From assembly GCA_000995125.1 (NCBI GenBank), contig LBXA01000002.1, positions 1 to 53,034 of the forward strand: a DNA stretch of 53,034 nt, read 5' to 3'. Origin of the DNA: Candidatus Moranbacteria bacterium GW2011_GWA2_39_41. Its GTDB lineage: Bacteria; Patescibacteriota; Minisyncoccia; Moranbacterales; UBA2206. This document shows, piece by piece, positions 36,945 through 46,208 of the stretch. The number at the start of each line of letters is the position of its first letter. The first letter of the stretch is position 1. Position numbers and translations under genes: made by a program. The notes beneath the pieces were generated by a model. That model had not been told where the DNA came from. It saw only the letters and a list, made by a program, of their open reading frames with translations, and searched no databases.

Positions 36945-38636
36945 ATGAAAAAGAAACTGGCGGAAATCATCAAAAAGGCTGTTTTGGAGCTGTTTGACCT
37001 TGAGCAAGCTGATTTTGCCGTGGAATATCCAAAAGATGAAAAATTTGGAGATTATGCGACTAATGTTGCGATGGTTTTGGCGAAAAAGTTGGGGAAGAGC
37101 CCGATGGAGATTGCTGAGGCAATCAAATTACAAATTACAAATTACAAATTACAAACTTTTGAAAAGATTGAGGTGGTGGCGCCAGGGTATATCAATTTTT
37201 ATTTGTCAGAAAAATATTTTCAAAATAAGGTTGTTGAAATAAATTTAGAGAAAGAAAAGTTTGGAGAAGGAGAAGCTGAGAAAAAGGAAAAAATAATGGT
37301 TGAATATTCTCAACCAAATACACTTAAGGAATTTCATATCGGTCATTTGCGGAATGTTTTGATTGGTTCGACCATCGTTGAGGTTTTACGCAAGGCTAAA
37401 TATAACGTAGTGGCAGCTAATTACATTGGCGATACTGGCTCTCACATCGCGAAGTGTTTGTGGGGGATTGAGAAATTTCATGCCAATGAAAATTTAGATG
37501 CAATTGAAAATAAAGCTGAATTTCTAGGTAAGACATATACTCAGGCAGTGCAGGCAATTGGAGAAAATCCTAATTATGAACAAGAGTTTAAATCTTTGCA
37601 AAATAAACTAGAAGATGGGGACATCAAATTGCAGGCATTATGGCAAAAAACTAGACAATGGTCATTGGATGAATTTCACTCAATCTATGAATTGTTAGGT
37701 GCCAACTTCGATGTCTATTTTTATGAAAGTGAGGAGGAGATTGAAGGCAAGAAGATAGTGCCAGAGTTGTTAGAAAGAAAAATCATTGAAAAGAGTGAAG
37801 GGGCAATTATTGCAAATCTTGAAGAGTATGGATTGGGCGTATTAGTGCTTGTTAGAAAAGACGGTAGTGCTTTGTATGGACTCAAAGACATTCCCTTGGC
37901 AATTAAAAAATTTGATAAATTTGAAATTGATACTAGTATATATCTAATCGATGTTCGTCAGGATTTATATTTCAAACAGTTGTTCAAGATTTTGGAATTG
38001 TATGGATTTAATAAAAAATTTGTTCATATTGGATACGATTTTGTTACCTTGAAAGGTGGAGAGGGAATGTCATCAAGAAAAGGGAATGTTATTTTGGCGC
38101 GTGATCTTATATCTGAAATTATCAGTAAGGTTGAGGTTAAGTTTCCAAATTCTCCAGATCCACTATCAATTGCGTTGGGTGCTTTGAAATTCACAATGCT
38201 CAAATATTCTACTGGCACAAAAATAGAGTTTGATATTGAAGAATCGGTTAAATTGGAGGGAGCAACTAGTCCCTATGTTCAATATGCACATGCTAGAATC
38301 TGTAGTATTTTGAAAAAAGCAGAGGAGGCAGGAGTTGATTTTGCTAAGGCAGATTTGTCGTTACTTATCCACGAAAAAGAGCTTAGTTTAGCTAAGGAGC
38401 TGGATAAATTCCCAGAACTTATTGAAGAAATATCGAAAACTTATGAAGTTCAAAAAATTCCATATTATGCTATTAGGTTGGCTGACAAATTCCATTCATT
38501 CTACAGTGCTTGCAAAGTGATTGACGAGGAGAATTTGGAATTGACCAAAGCGCGTTTGAATTTGATAACGGCGGTGAAGATTGTGTTGGCAGAAACTTTG
38601 AATTTGATTGGCGTGAGCGCGCCAGAAAAAATGTAA
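36945..38636 (+). CDS. argS: Arginine--tRNA ligase
   Basis: FGDYATN, PGYINF, FHIGHLRN, MSSRKG, YVQYAHAR. Confidence 0.97.
   Translation: MKKKLAEIIKKAVLELFDLEQADFAVEYPKDEKFGDYATNVAMVLAKKLGKSPMEIAEAIKLQITNYKLQTFEKIEVVAPGYINFYLSEKYFQNKVVEINLEKEKFGEGEAEKKEKIMVEYSQPNTLKEFHIGHLRNVLIGSTIVEVLRKAKYNVVAANYIGDTGSHIAKCLWGIEKFHANENLDAIENKAEFLGKTYTQAVQAIGENPNYEQEFKSLQNKLEDGDIKLQALWQKTRQWSLDEFHSIYELLGANFDVYFYESEEEIEGKKIVPELLERKIIEKSEGAIIANLEEYGLGVLVLVRKDGSALYGLKDIPLAIKKFDKFEIDTSIYLIDVRQDLYFKQLFKILELYGFNKKFVHIGYDFVTLKGGEGMSSRKGNVILARDLISEIISKVEVKFPNSPDPLSIALGALKFTMLKYSTGTKIEFDIEESVKLEGATSPYVQYAHARICSILKKAEEAGVDFAKADLSLLIHEKELSLAKELDKFPELIEEISKTYEVQKIPYYAIRLADKFHSFYSACKVIDEENLELTKARLNLITAVKIVLAETLNLIGVSAPEKM
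37124..37155 (+). repeat. (CAAATTA)4 perfect heptamer run inside argS
   Basis: Read directly; encodes KLQITNYKLQ. Confidence 0.9.
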
Positions 38637-38660
38637 TAATTTGTAATTTTGTAGAATTTT

Positions 38661-41546
38661 ATGTTTAAAAAAGTAGACCTAAGGCAAAAGTATTCAGAAA
38701 TGGAACAAGAAGTCATTAAATTTTGGCGAGAAGATTGCACTTTCAAAAAATCTGTAGAGCAACGAGACAAAAAAGATGCTTATGTTTTTTATGATGGACC
38801 TCCATTTATAACTGGCGTTCCGCATTATGGGACACTGCTTTCTTCGATTGTGAAAGATGTGGTGCCGAGATATTGGACGATGAAGGGCAAGCGAGTTGAG
38901 AGACGCTGGGGATGGGATTGTCATGGACTTCCTGCGGAAAATCTAGTAGAGAAAAAATTAGGTATCAAGGATAAGCGTGATATCCCTAAAATTGGTTTGG
39001 AAAAATATATCCAAACTTGTCACGCGGAAATGGTGCAGGGTGGTAGTGTCTGGGAAGATACAATTGAAAGGATTGGGCGTTGGGTAGAATTTAAGAATGC
39101 CTACAAAACCATGGATAAGGAATACATGGAAAGTGTTTGGTGGGCATTTAAAACTTTGTATGAAAAAGGTAAGATTTATGAAGGGGAAAAAGTTCTAATG
39201 TATTGCACGAGGTGTGCTACTCCAATTTCCAAAGCCGAAGTGGCAATGGACAATAGTTATAAAGTTGTGACGGAGCCATCAGTCTATGTAAAATTTAAAT
39301 TGGAGAATGAAAACGACATATATCTATTAGCTTGGACAACTACGCCATGGACACTCTCTGCAAATGTGGCACTTGCAATCAATCCCGAGCTGACATATGT
39401 AAAAGTTACGCTGAATGAAGAAATTTTGATTGTCGCAAAAGATTTGGTGGAGAAAGTTTTTATTGATGAGAAAAAACAGCCACTAAATTATTCTGTCGGT
39501 GAGTTGATTGATGGTAAAGATTTGGTTGGCAAAAAGTATGTGCCACCTTTTGATGATCAGGGTGATAGGGCGCATCGGATTGTTGGAGCTGATTTTGTAA
39601 CAACAAACGACGGAACAGGCGTGGTGCATATCGCGCCAGCTTTTGGTGAGGATGATTATGCGATAGCGAGAAAAGAAAAATTGCCAGTGGTGCATACAGT
39701 GGATGAAAATGGAAACTATATAGATGGGCGATGGAAGGAGCAAAATGTTTGGGAAGTGAATAAAGAGATTGCCAAGACGTTGCTTGCGGAAGGAGTAGTT
39801 TTGAAAATTGATTATATTCAACATGATTATCCGCATTGCCATAGATGTGCCACTAAGTTAATGTATCGAGCGCATCCAAGTTGGTTTATGGATATTGATG
39901 GACAGAGAAGGGAGATGTTGGCAGAAAATGAGAATATCAATTGGTTCCCGGCACATTTCAAAGAGAAAAGATTTAAAAATACTGTCGAAACTGCTCCAGA
40001 TTGGAATCTTAGTCGTGATCGTTTTTGGGCAACTCCGATTCCTGTTTGGCGCGGAACGAAAGACGATGGCACAGTGGTGACAAAAGTAGTGGGAAGCTAT
40101 ACTGAACTCAAGGAGCTTTCAGGTAAGGAATTGGAAGATTATCATTTGCCGTATGTGGATGGCATAACTTTTGAGTTAGATGGGGTGAAAATGAAAAGAA
40201 TTGAGAAGGTTATGGATTGTTGGTTTGAATCTGGGTCAATGCCTTTCGCGCAGTTTCATTATCCATTTGAAAATAAAGAAAAATTTGAAGAAAATTTTCC
40301 CGGAGATTTTATTACGGAATATGTTGGGCAGGTACGCGCGTGGTTTTATTATCTGCATGCAATTTCTGTAGGTATTTTTGGGAAAGAAGCTTTTGAGAAT
40401 GTCATTGTTACAGGAACAATTGCTGGTTCTGATGGCAAAAAAATGTCAAAGTCACTAGGCAATTATACTGATTCAAACATATTGCTCAATCAATATAGTG
40501 CTGACGCACTTCGATATTTGCTAGTAAGTTCGCCATTGCTAAATGGTGATGATTTCACTTTGATTGATAAGGATGTTTCAGACATTCAAAGAAAATTGAG
40601 CACCCTTTGGAATAGCTACGGTTTTTTTGTGATGTATGCCAATGTGGATAAGTGGTCCCCAAAAGATGTAGCTGAAAAAATGCGAAGTGTAAATTTGTTA
40701 GATAGATGGATCATATCGAAACTGCATAAGCTCATTAAAACCGTTGATGAAAATATGTTGACCTATGATCTGCCAAATGCGACAAAGCCAATAGTTGATT
40801 TTATCGATGAATTGTCCAATTGGTATATTCGTCGATCGAGAAAAAGATTTTGGAAGAGTGAAGATGATGGCGACAAGGAAAGCGCCTATCAAACTTTGTG
40901 GACTGTGCTTGTCGAGCTTTCAAAATTGATGGCGCCTGTTACGCCATTTATTTCCGAAGAAATTTACAAAAATTTGACTGGCAATGAAGAGACGAGGCAT
41001 ACCTCGTCTGTACATCTTGCTGATTTTCCAGTAGCAAATGAAGAATTGATTGATGAAAAGCTGAATGAACAGATGTATCATACGAGAAATATTATTACTG
41101 AAGCCTTGCAATTACGGGCTAAGAATGGAATCAAGGTTCGTCAACCACTTTCCGAATTAATAATTACAAATTATGAAACACAAACAGAGTTCATGGAAAT
41201 TATGAAAGAGGAAGTCAATGTTAAAAATGTTATTATTAAAACTGGACCAGAAAAGAAAGTAGAGTTAAACACTGAAATAACACAAGATTTGAAGCTCGAA
41301 GGTCAAGCTCGGGAAATTATTCGAGGTATCCAAGAGATGAGAAAAGAGGCTGGCTTTGAAGTGGATGATCGCATCCAAGTAAATTATGTCGGAATGGATG
41401 AGGTTTTCGCCCAAACTGAATTAAAAAATTTGATTCAAAAAGAAGTGCTAGCTACAGAAATTGCGACAGGCACAATTTCCAATTGTGATTTGCAAAAAGA
41501 TTTCACAGTAGATGATTCAAAAATCATTATTGCTATAAAAAAATAA
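38661..41546 (+). CDS. ileS: Isoleucine--tRNA ligase (IleRS2 type)
   Basis: DGPPF, GWDCHGLP, WTTTPWT, DWNLSR, KMSKS; WYIRRSR and GQARE C-terminus without zinc finger. Confidence 0.95.
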   Translation: MFKKVDLRQKYSEMEQEVIKFWREDCTFKKSVEQRDKKDAYVFYDGPPFITGVPHYGTLLSSIVKDVVPRYWTMKGKRVERRWGWDCHGLPAENLVEKKLGIKDKRDIPKIGLEKYIQTCHAEMVQGGSVWEDTIERIGRWVEFKNAYKTMDKEYMESVWWAFKTLYEKGKIYEGEKVLMYCTRCATPISKAEVAMDNSYKVVTEPSVYVKFKLENENDIYLLAWTTTPWTLSANVALAINPELTYVKVTLNEEILIVAKDLVEKVFIDEKKQPLNYSVGELIDGKDLVGKKYVPPFDDQGDRAHRIVGADFVTTNDGTGVVHIAPAFGEDDYAIARKEKLPVVHTVDENGNYIDGRWKEQNVWEVNKEIAKTLLAEGVVLKIDYIQHDYPHCHRCATKLMYRAHPSWFMDIDGQRREMLAENENINWFPAHFKEKRFKNTVETAPDWNLSRDRFWATPIPVWRGTKDDGTVVTKVVGSYTELKELSGKELEDYHLPYVDGITFELDGVKMKRIEKVMDCWFESGSMPFAQFHYPFENKEKFEENFPGDFITEYVGQVRAWFYYLHAISVGIFGKEAFENVIVTGTIAGSDGKKMSKSLGNYTDSNILLNQYSADALRYLLVSSPLLNGDDFTLIDKDVSDIQRKLSTLWNSYGFFVMYANVDKWSPKDVAEKMRSVNLLDRWIISKLHKLIKTVDENMLTYDLPNATKPIVDFIDELSNWYIRRSRKRFWKSEDDGDKESAYQTLWTVLVELSKLMAPVTPFISEEIYKNLTGNEETRHTSSVHLADFPVANEELIDEKLNEQMYHTRNIITEALQLRAKNGIKVRQPLSELIITNYETQTEFMEIMKEEVNVKNVIIKTGPEKKVELNTEITQDLKLEGQAREIIRGIQEMRKEAGFEVDDRIQVNYVGMDEVFAQTELKNLIQKEVLATEIATGTISNCDLQKDFTVDDSKIIIAIKK

Positions 41547-41585
41547 TCCGCAGATCTATCTGAAAGTTGAACTTTCTTGAAACTC

Positions 41586-42314
41586 ATGGATTATAAATAT
41601 CAAGGCATAATCTTGAATAAGCGCGATGTGGGCGAGGTCGATCGGATTTATACGATTTACACTCTTGAAGCTGGCAAGATTCGTGTGTTGGGCAAGGGGG
41701 TGCGCAAGCCCAATGCCAAATTGGCCGGCAATTTGGAATCAGTTACGCAAGCGGAAATTTTCATGTCCAAGAACAAGGGCATGGGAAAAATCACCGGTTC
41801 GATTGCAACCAACAATTTTTCCAACATCAAATCCAATCTGGATTTAGTCAATCGAGTTTTTTATGTTTTCAAAATTATCATTCGAATTATTTCGGAAGAA
41901 GAAAAGGATGAGAATATTTTTTTACTTTTGGAAAAATATTTGGTGGCTATGGATGCAAATGAAGTCGGGGAAGATAAGGTAGATGTTTTGACGCTCGGAT
42001 TTTTATTTCAAGTACTGGCTGAAATGGGCTATCGCTTGGAGATGGAAAAATGTGTGCATTGTGAAAAAAAGTTATTGTTGGAGAGCAACTATTTTAGCAT
42101 TTCTCGTGGCGGAATTTTGTGCACTAATTGTCAGGGGCGAGAAAGCAAAAAGATGCTAATTAGCAATGAAGCAATCAAGTTGATTCGAATTTTCCTGCAA
42201 AATAAATTGGAGAATTTGGTTAAATTGAAAGTTTCACAGAGTGATATTAATCGTTTGAAAGTAATTTTAAACGAATCAATCAATTGGTTTTCTGGTGAGA
42301 ACTTTCGCGTTTGA
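41586..42314 (+). CDS. recO: DNA repair protein RecO
   Basis: GEVDRI...GKI...KGVRK; CVHC...GGILCTNC. Confidence 0.92.
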   Translation: MDYKYQGIILNKRDVGEVDRIYTIYTLEAGKIRVLGKGVRKPNAKLAGNLESVTQAEIFMSKNKGMGKITGSIATNNFSNIKSNLDLVNRVFYVFKIIIRIISEEEKDENIFLLLEKYLVAMDANEVGEDKVDVLTLGFLFQVLAEMGYRLEMEKCVHCEKKLLLESNYFSISRGGILCTNCQGRESKKMLISNEAIKLIRIFLQNKLENLVKLKVSQSDINRLKVILNESINWFSGENFRV

Positions 42315-42374
42315 TAAAACACCCAATTTATGGTAGTATTTGGTTAATAAATAAAAAATAAAAAGTTAAAATCT

Positions 42375-44285
42375 ATGTCCTTGTCCGAAATAAAAAATAG
42401 CTTATATGAAAAAGAAGCTAAGCAAAATTTGAGCGCGCACGCCGAAAGTGAATTTGACGCAAAGGTTGATTCTGTGGCTGCTGGAAAGGTTAAGGTTGTT
42501 GAAACGGAGGATGTGTGGGTAAAAAATAAGTCCGGCTTAAATGAAAAAAATAGAAAAATATTGAAGACAGGCAGTCTAATCGCCGGCGTCATAATAGGCA
42601 TTACGCTTATTTTGGTTGCGGTTTATCAAATTCGCAAATCTTCTTTCAATGAAAGTAGGGTGGTGGTTTCAATTGACGGACAAAGTGAAGCAAAAAGTGG
42701 AAAACTTTTAACCTACGAGATATCCTATAACAATAATAATTGGGGATCTCTGAAAGGAGCAGTTTTGCGAATAACACATCCGGAAAGTTTTAAACCAGAG
42801 GAGAGTTTACAATATCGAGAAGAAAGTCCAACGGTCAGCGTAGTTAATTTGGATGACCTGGCTGGGCACGCTACCGGTAAAATTATCTTTGGCGGACGAG
42901 CTTTTGCGCCGAGTGGCACACTAATGTTTATCAAAGCTGATTTAGTATATACGCCAGCTAATTTCAACAGTCAGTTTAGTGCCAATGCGCAAATGGGTAT
43001 CAATGTGATTTCAACTCCAATGTCTTTGGAAATCATGGCTCCACAAAATCTAGCGAGTGGTGATTCCTTGGATTATCAGATTGATTATAAAAACATTGGA
43101 GCGGAAGATTTTGAAAATATTCGCCTCAAAGTAGATTTTCAGGATGGATTTATTTTTTCTAAAGCTAACCCGAGTCCTTCAGAGGGAAATAATATTTGGT
43201 ACATTGGTCATCTTTCGGCTGGAGAAGAGGGTAAGATTATTGTGAATGGAAAGTTGCAGGGTACAGAAGGTAATATTAAAAAAACAGTTGTTCAAATTGG
43301 AACTATAAATCAAGGGCAATTTGTAAATTATAATGAAAATGATGTATCTACTGAAATTGTAGCTTCGCCATTAGTTATAACACAAACGGTCAATGGCACG
43401 CTTGAATATAACGCAGATGCTGGAGAGAGTCTGAACTTTGAAATACAATATAAAAATAAGAGTGATATTGGTTTGAAAAATGTTATTGTGAAAGAAGTAT
43501 TGGATAGTCAGATATTAGATTACTCCACATTGGATATGGCAGGTGGGTCATTTGATACGCAAACTAAAGTTATAGAATGGAAGTCGATTGACTATCCTGA
43601 ACTGGCTAACTTGGCTCCCGGAAAAGGTGGTTCCATTAAATTTTCTGTTAAAGTCAAAAATGTTATCCCAGTGCAAACTGTAAACGATAAAAATTTTGTT
43701 ATTTCTGGAATAGCCAGAATAGACAGTCCTGATATCGCTACATCTCTGGATATGAATAAAATAATTGCCGGCAATCGAATTGATATCAAATTAAAATCCA
43801 AATTAATACTAGATGTTAAGGGTTACTATAGTGATCTATTAATATCTAATTTTGGTCCAATCCCCCCAATTGTTGGACAAAGCACTAGTTACACGATTCA
43901 TCTTAAGGTCGGTAGTGTTTTTAATGATATAACTGATGGCAGGGTTGAAGTTATTTTGCCCAATGGAGTTGTTATGACTGGTAAGATGTACCCAGAAGAT
44001 TCTAATCTGGATTATAATGAAAGGTCAAATATTTTAGTCTGGAATGTTGGCAACGTGCAAGCAGGGAATGGCGCGCTAAATTCATTGAGGGAAGTATCTT
44101 TTCAAGTGAAAATAAAGCCATCACCAAATCAAGCTGATTATGCGGTTGAATTAATCAAAGATGTTAGTTTTTCAGCTAAGGATACTTTTATCAAAAAAGA
44201 TTTGAAAATACAATCCGGAAATAAAACAACTATGTTATTGGAAGACAAATCTATAAACATGTTAGGTTGGAAAGTTAGCAAATAA
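42375..44285 (+). CDS. Membrane-anchored protein with tandem Ig-like (DUF11-like) domains
   Basis: Single N-terminal TM; repeated G..L.Y.I.YKN beta-rich modules. Confidence 0.7.
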   Translation: MSLSEIKNSLYEKEAKQNLSAHAESEFDAKVDSVAAGKVKVVETEDVWVKNKSGLNEKNRKILKTGSLIAGVIIGITLILVAVYQIRKSSFNESRVVVSIDGQSEAKSGKLLTYEISYNNNNWGSLKGAVLRITHPESFKPEESLQYREESPTVSVVNLDDLAGHATGKIIFGGRAFAPSGTLMFIKADLVYTPANFNSQFSANAQMGINVISTPMSLEIMAPQNLASGDSLDYQIDYKNIGAEDFENIRLKVDFQDGFIFSKANPSPSEGNNIWYIGHLSAGEEGKIIVNGKLQGTEGNIKKTVVQIGTINQGQFVNYNENDVSTEIVASPLVITQTVNGTLEYNADAGESLNFEIQYKNKSDIGLKNVIVKEVLDSQILDYSTLDMAGGSFDTQTKVIEWKSIDYPELANLAPGKGGSIKFSVKVKNVIPVQTVNDKNFVISGIARIDSPDIATSLDMNKIIAGNRIDIKLKSKLILDVKGYYSDLLISNFGPIPPIVGQSTSYTIHLKVGSVFNDITDGRVEVILPNGVVMTGKMYPEDSNLDYNERSNILVWNVGNVQAGNGALNSLREVSFQVKIKPSPNQADYAVELIKDVSFSAKDTFIKKDLKIQSGNKTTMLLEDKSINMLGWKVSK

Positions 44286-45485
44286 ATGCAGTTAATGAAA
44301 TCAGGCTCTACTATGAAGAAAACTTTCGAAATATTTAGTAAAAATAAGCTGGCTCGAGTTGGAAAACTCAGAACGAAAAACGGAGAAATAAACACTCCGT
44401 TTTTTATGCCAGATGCTACGCGTGGATTTATAAAATTATTATCCAAGCATGATTTAGAAGGCATAGGCGCTAGACCGATGGTGGTTAATACCTATCATTT
44501 ATATCTTCAGCCGGGTATGGAGCTCATAAAGAAAGGTGGAGGCATTCATAAATTTATGAATTGGGATGGCCCCTTGCTTTCTGATTCCGGTGGATATCAA
44601 ATTTTTTCTTTGATTCATAAAAATTCAAAATTGGGTAAAATAACAGATGAGCAAGCAGTTTTCAAATCCCCAATAGATGGTAGAAAGCATGAATTGACCC
44701 CAGAAAAATCTATTCAGATTCAGTTTGATTTGGGCGTGGATATGATGGTTGTTCTGGACGATGTGCCACCAGTTACGTATTCTGATAGAAAGATGAAAGT
44801 GGCAATAGACAGAACTATATCATGGGCAAAGCGCTGCAAAATTGAATATGAAAAACAGATTCAGGAGCGAGGAATTGCAAAAGATCAACGCCCATTGCTT
44901 TTTGGCGTAATTCAAGGTGGGAAAGATGCGGAGCTCCGAAAATATTGCGCGCAAGAGTTGGTTAAATTGGATTTTGATGGCTATGGTTTTGGCGCGCGGC
45001 ATGTGGATGAGAACGGAGTTTTTATGCAGGAGATGGTGGCGGAAACTGCCAAGATGATTCCGGAAGACAAATTGCGCTTTGCGCTAGGTGTCGGCACACC
45101 AGAAGATATTGTGCGATTTGTCGCTTGTGGCTGGGATATGTTTGATTGTGTGATTCCGACGCGTGAAGGTCGGCACGGCCGATTGTTCATTTGGGATGAA
45201 CAATCGGAATTTACAAATCTCAAATCTCAAATTACAAATAAAATTCAAAATTCAAAATCCAAATTACAAAAATCTTTCTACAAGACAATTAACATCAATA
45301 ACCATAAGTTCAATGACGATTTTTCTCCAGTGGATACATTTTGTGATTGCGAACTTTGTCGCAATCATTCACGCGCCTACTTGCGGCATCTTTTTGTCAG
45401 CAAAGACCCATTAGGCATGCGGTTGGCCGCAATGCATAATTTGAAGTTTTATTTAGATTTGATGGAAAAATTGAGAGCTACATGA
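44286..45485 (+). CDS. tgt: tRNA-guanine transglycosylase
   Basis: TPFFMP, NTYHL, DSGGYQIFS, DMFDCVIPTR, CDCELC...HN; start may be 44295 or 44313. Confidence 0.95.
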   Translation: MQLMKSGSTMKKTFEIFSKNKLARVGKLRTKNGEINTPFFMPDATRGFIKLLSKHDLEGIGARPMVVNTYHLYLQPGMELIKKGGGIHKFMNWDGPLLSDSGGYQIFSLIHKNSKLGKITDEQAVFKSPIDGRKHELTPEKSIQIQFDLGVDMMVVLDDVPPVTYSDRKMKVAIDRTISWAKRCKIEYEKQIQERGIAKDQRPLLFGVIQGGKDAELRKYCAQELVKLDFDGYGFGARHVDENGVFMQEMVAETAKMIPEDKLRFALGVGTPEDIVRFVACGWDMFDCVIPTREGRHGRLFIWDEQSEFTNLKSQITNKIQNSKSKLQKSFYKTININNHKFNDDFSPVDTFCDCELCRNHSRAYLRHLFVSKDPLGMRLAAMHNLKFYLDLMEKLRAT

Positions 45486-45527
45486 TAATTGTACACTATG
45501 AATTCAAGAATTGAGAGTCACCTTTAA

Positions 45528-45565
45528 ATTATACACTTTACTGCGGTCGCAGTATAATGTATAAT
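45528..45565. repeat. 38-bp palindromic direct repeat, copy 1
   Basis: ATTATACA-CTTT-ACTGCG-GT-CGCAGT-ATAA-TGTATAAT. Confidence 0.9.
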
Positions 45566-45571
45566 GGAAAT

Positions 45572-46141
45572 ATGAAAGATAATTTAAAATATACTGAGAA
45601 AATAAAGAGGAATATTCTTAATAATACTCTTGATTCAGCAGCGCTGGCGTTTAGTTTTTTGATGGATTTTGGAGAAATGACGGTCGAGGCATTTTTAAGG
45701 CCATCCATGTATGCTGATTTGCCCACAAAAAACCTTCGATTTTCTTTGCAGGATAAAAAGCCAAAGGAAGTTACAATTCGACAAACTTTGAGCCGGATGG
45801 AGAAGCATGGGTTTATTAAAAAAGAAAATGGTAAATATAGCTTAACTTTGGTGGGGGATAATATCGCCAAACATATCTTAAAAAGAAAAAAATTGTTTGC
45901 GAAAAAGTGGGATAAAAAATACAGAGTCGTGGTTTTTGATATTCCGGAAAAGAAAAAACAATTTCGAAACTGGCTACGAAATGAATTATATATATTGAAA
46001 TATAGAAAACTGCAGGAAAGTGTTTTCGTTGGAAAATTTCCTTTACCGGAAGATTTTATAAAAGAAATTAATCATAAAAAATTGAGTAAAAATATTGATT
46101 ATTTGTTGGTTGATAAAATTTATAGTAAATTAGATAAATAA
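45572..46141 (+). CDS. PaaX-like protein: wHTH plus Cas2-like ferredoxin domain
   Basis: TLSRMEKHGFI...YSLT..G wHTH; WDKKYRVVVFDIPE...R..LR..L.......LQESVF. Confidence 0.8.
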   Translation: MKDNLKYTEKIKRNILNNTLDSAALAFSFLMDFGEMTVEAFLRPSMYADLPTKNLRFSLQDKKPKEVTIRQTLSRMEKHGFIKKENGKYSLTLVGDNIAKHILKRKKLFAKKWDKKYRVVVFDIPEKKKQFRNWLRNELYILKYRKLQESVFVGKFPLPEDFIKEINHKKLSKNIDYLLVDKIYSKLDK

Positions 46142-46145
46142 TTTT

Positions 46146-46183
46146 ATTATACAGTTCACTGCGGTCGCAGTATAATGTATGAT
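46146..46183. repeat. 38-bp palindromic direct repeat, copy 2
   Basis: ATTATACA-GTTC-ACTGCG-GT-CGCAGT-ATAA-TGTATGAT; 35/38 identical to copy 1. Confidence 0.9.
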
Positions 46184-46208
46184 GAAAAAAGTTAAAGTAT
46201 TTTGAGAT

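Noticed and set aside
46170..46181. GTATAATGTATG matches part of loxP; dif-like look
   Set aside because: The second 13-bp arm or XerD arm is absent, and the repeat's symmetry centre lies elsewhere.
45528..46183. CRISPR array with cas2
   Set aside because: Only two repeats, separated by a 580-bp gene-containing interval; no cas1 or effector genes; the protein has an N-terminal wHTH.
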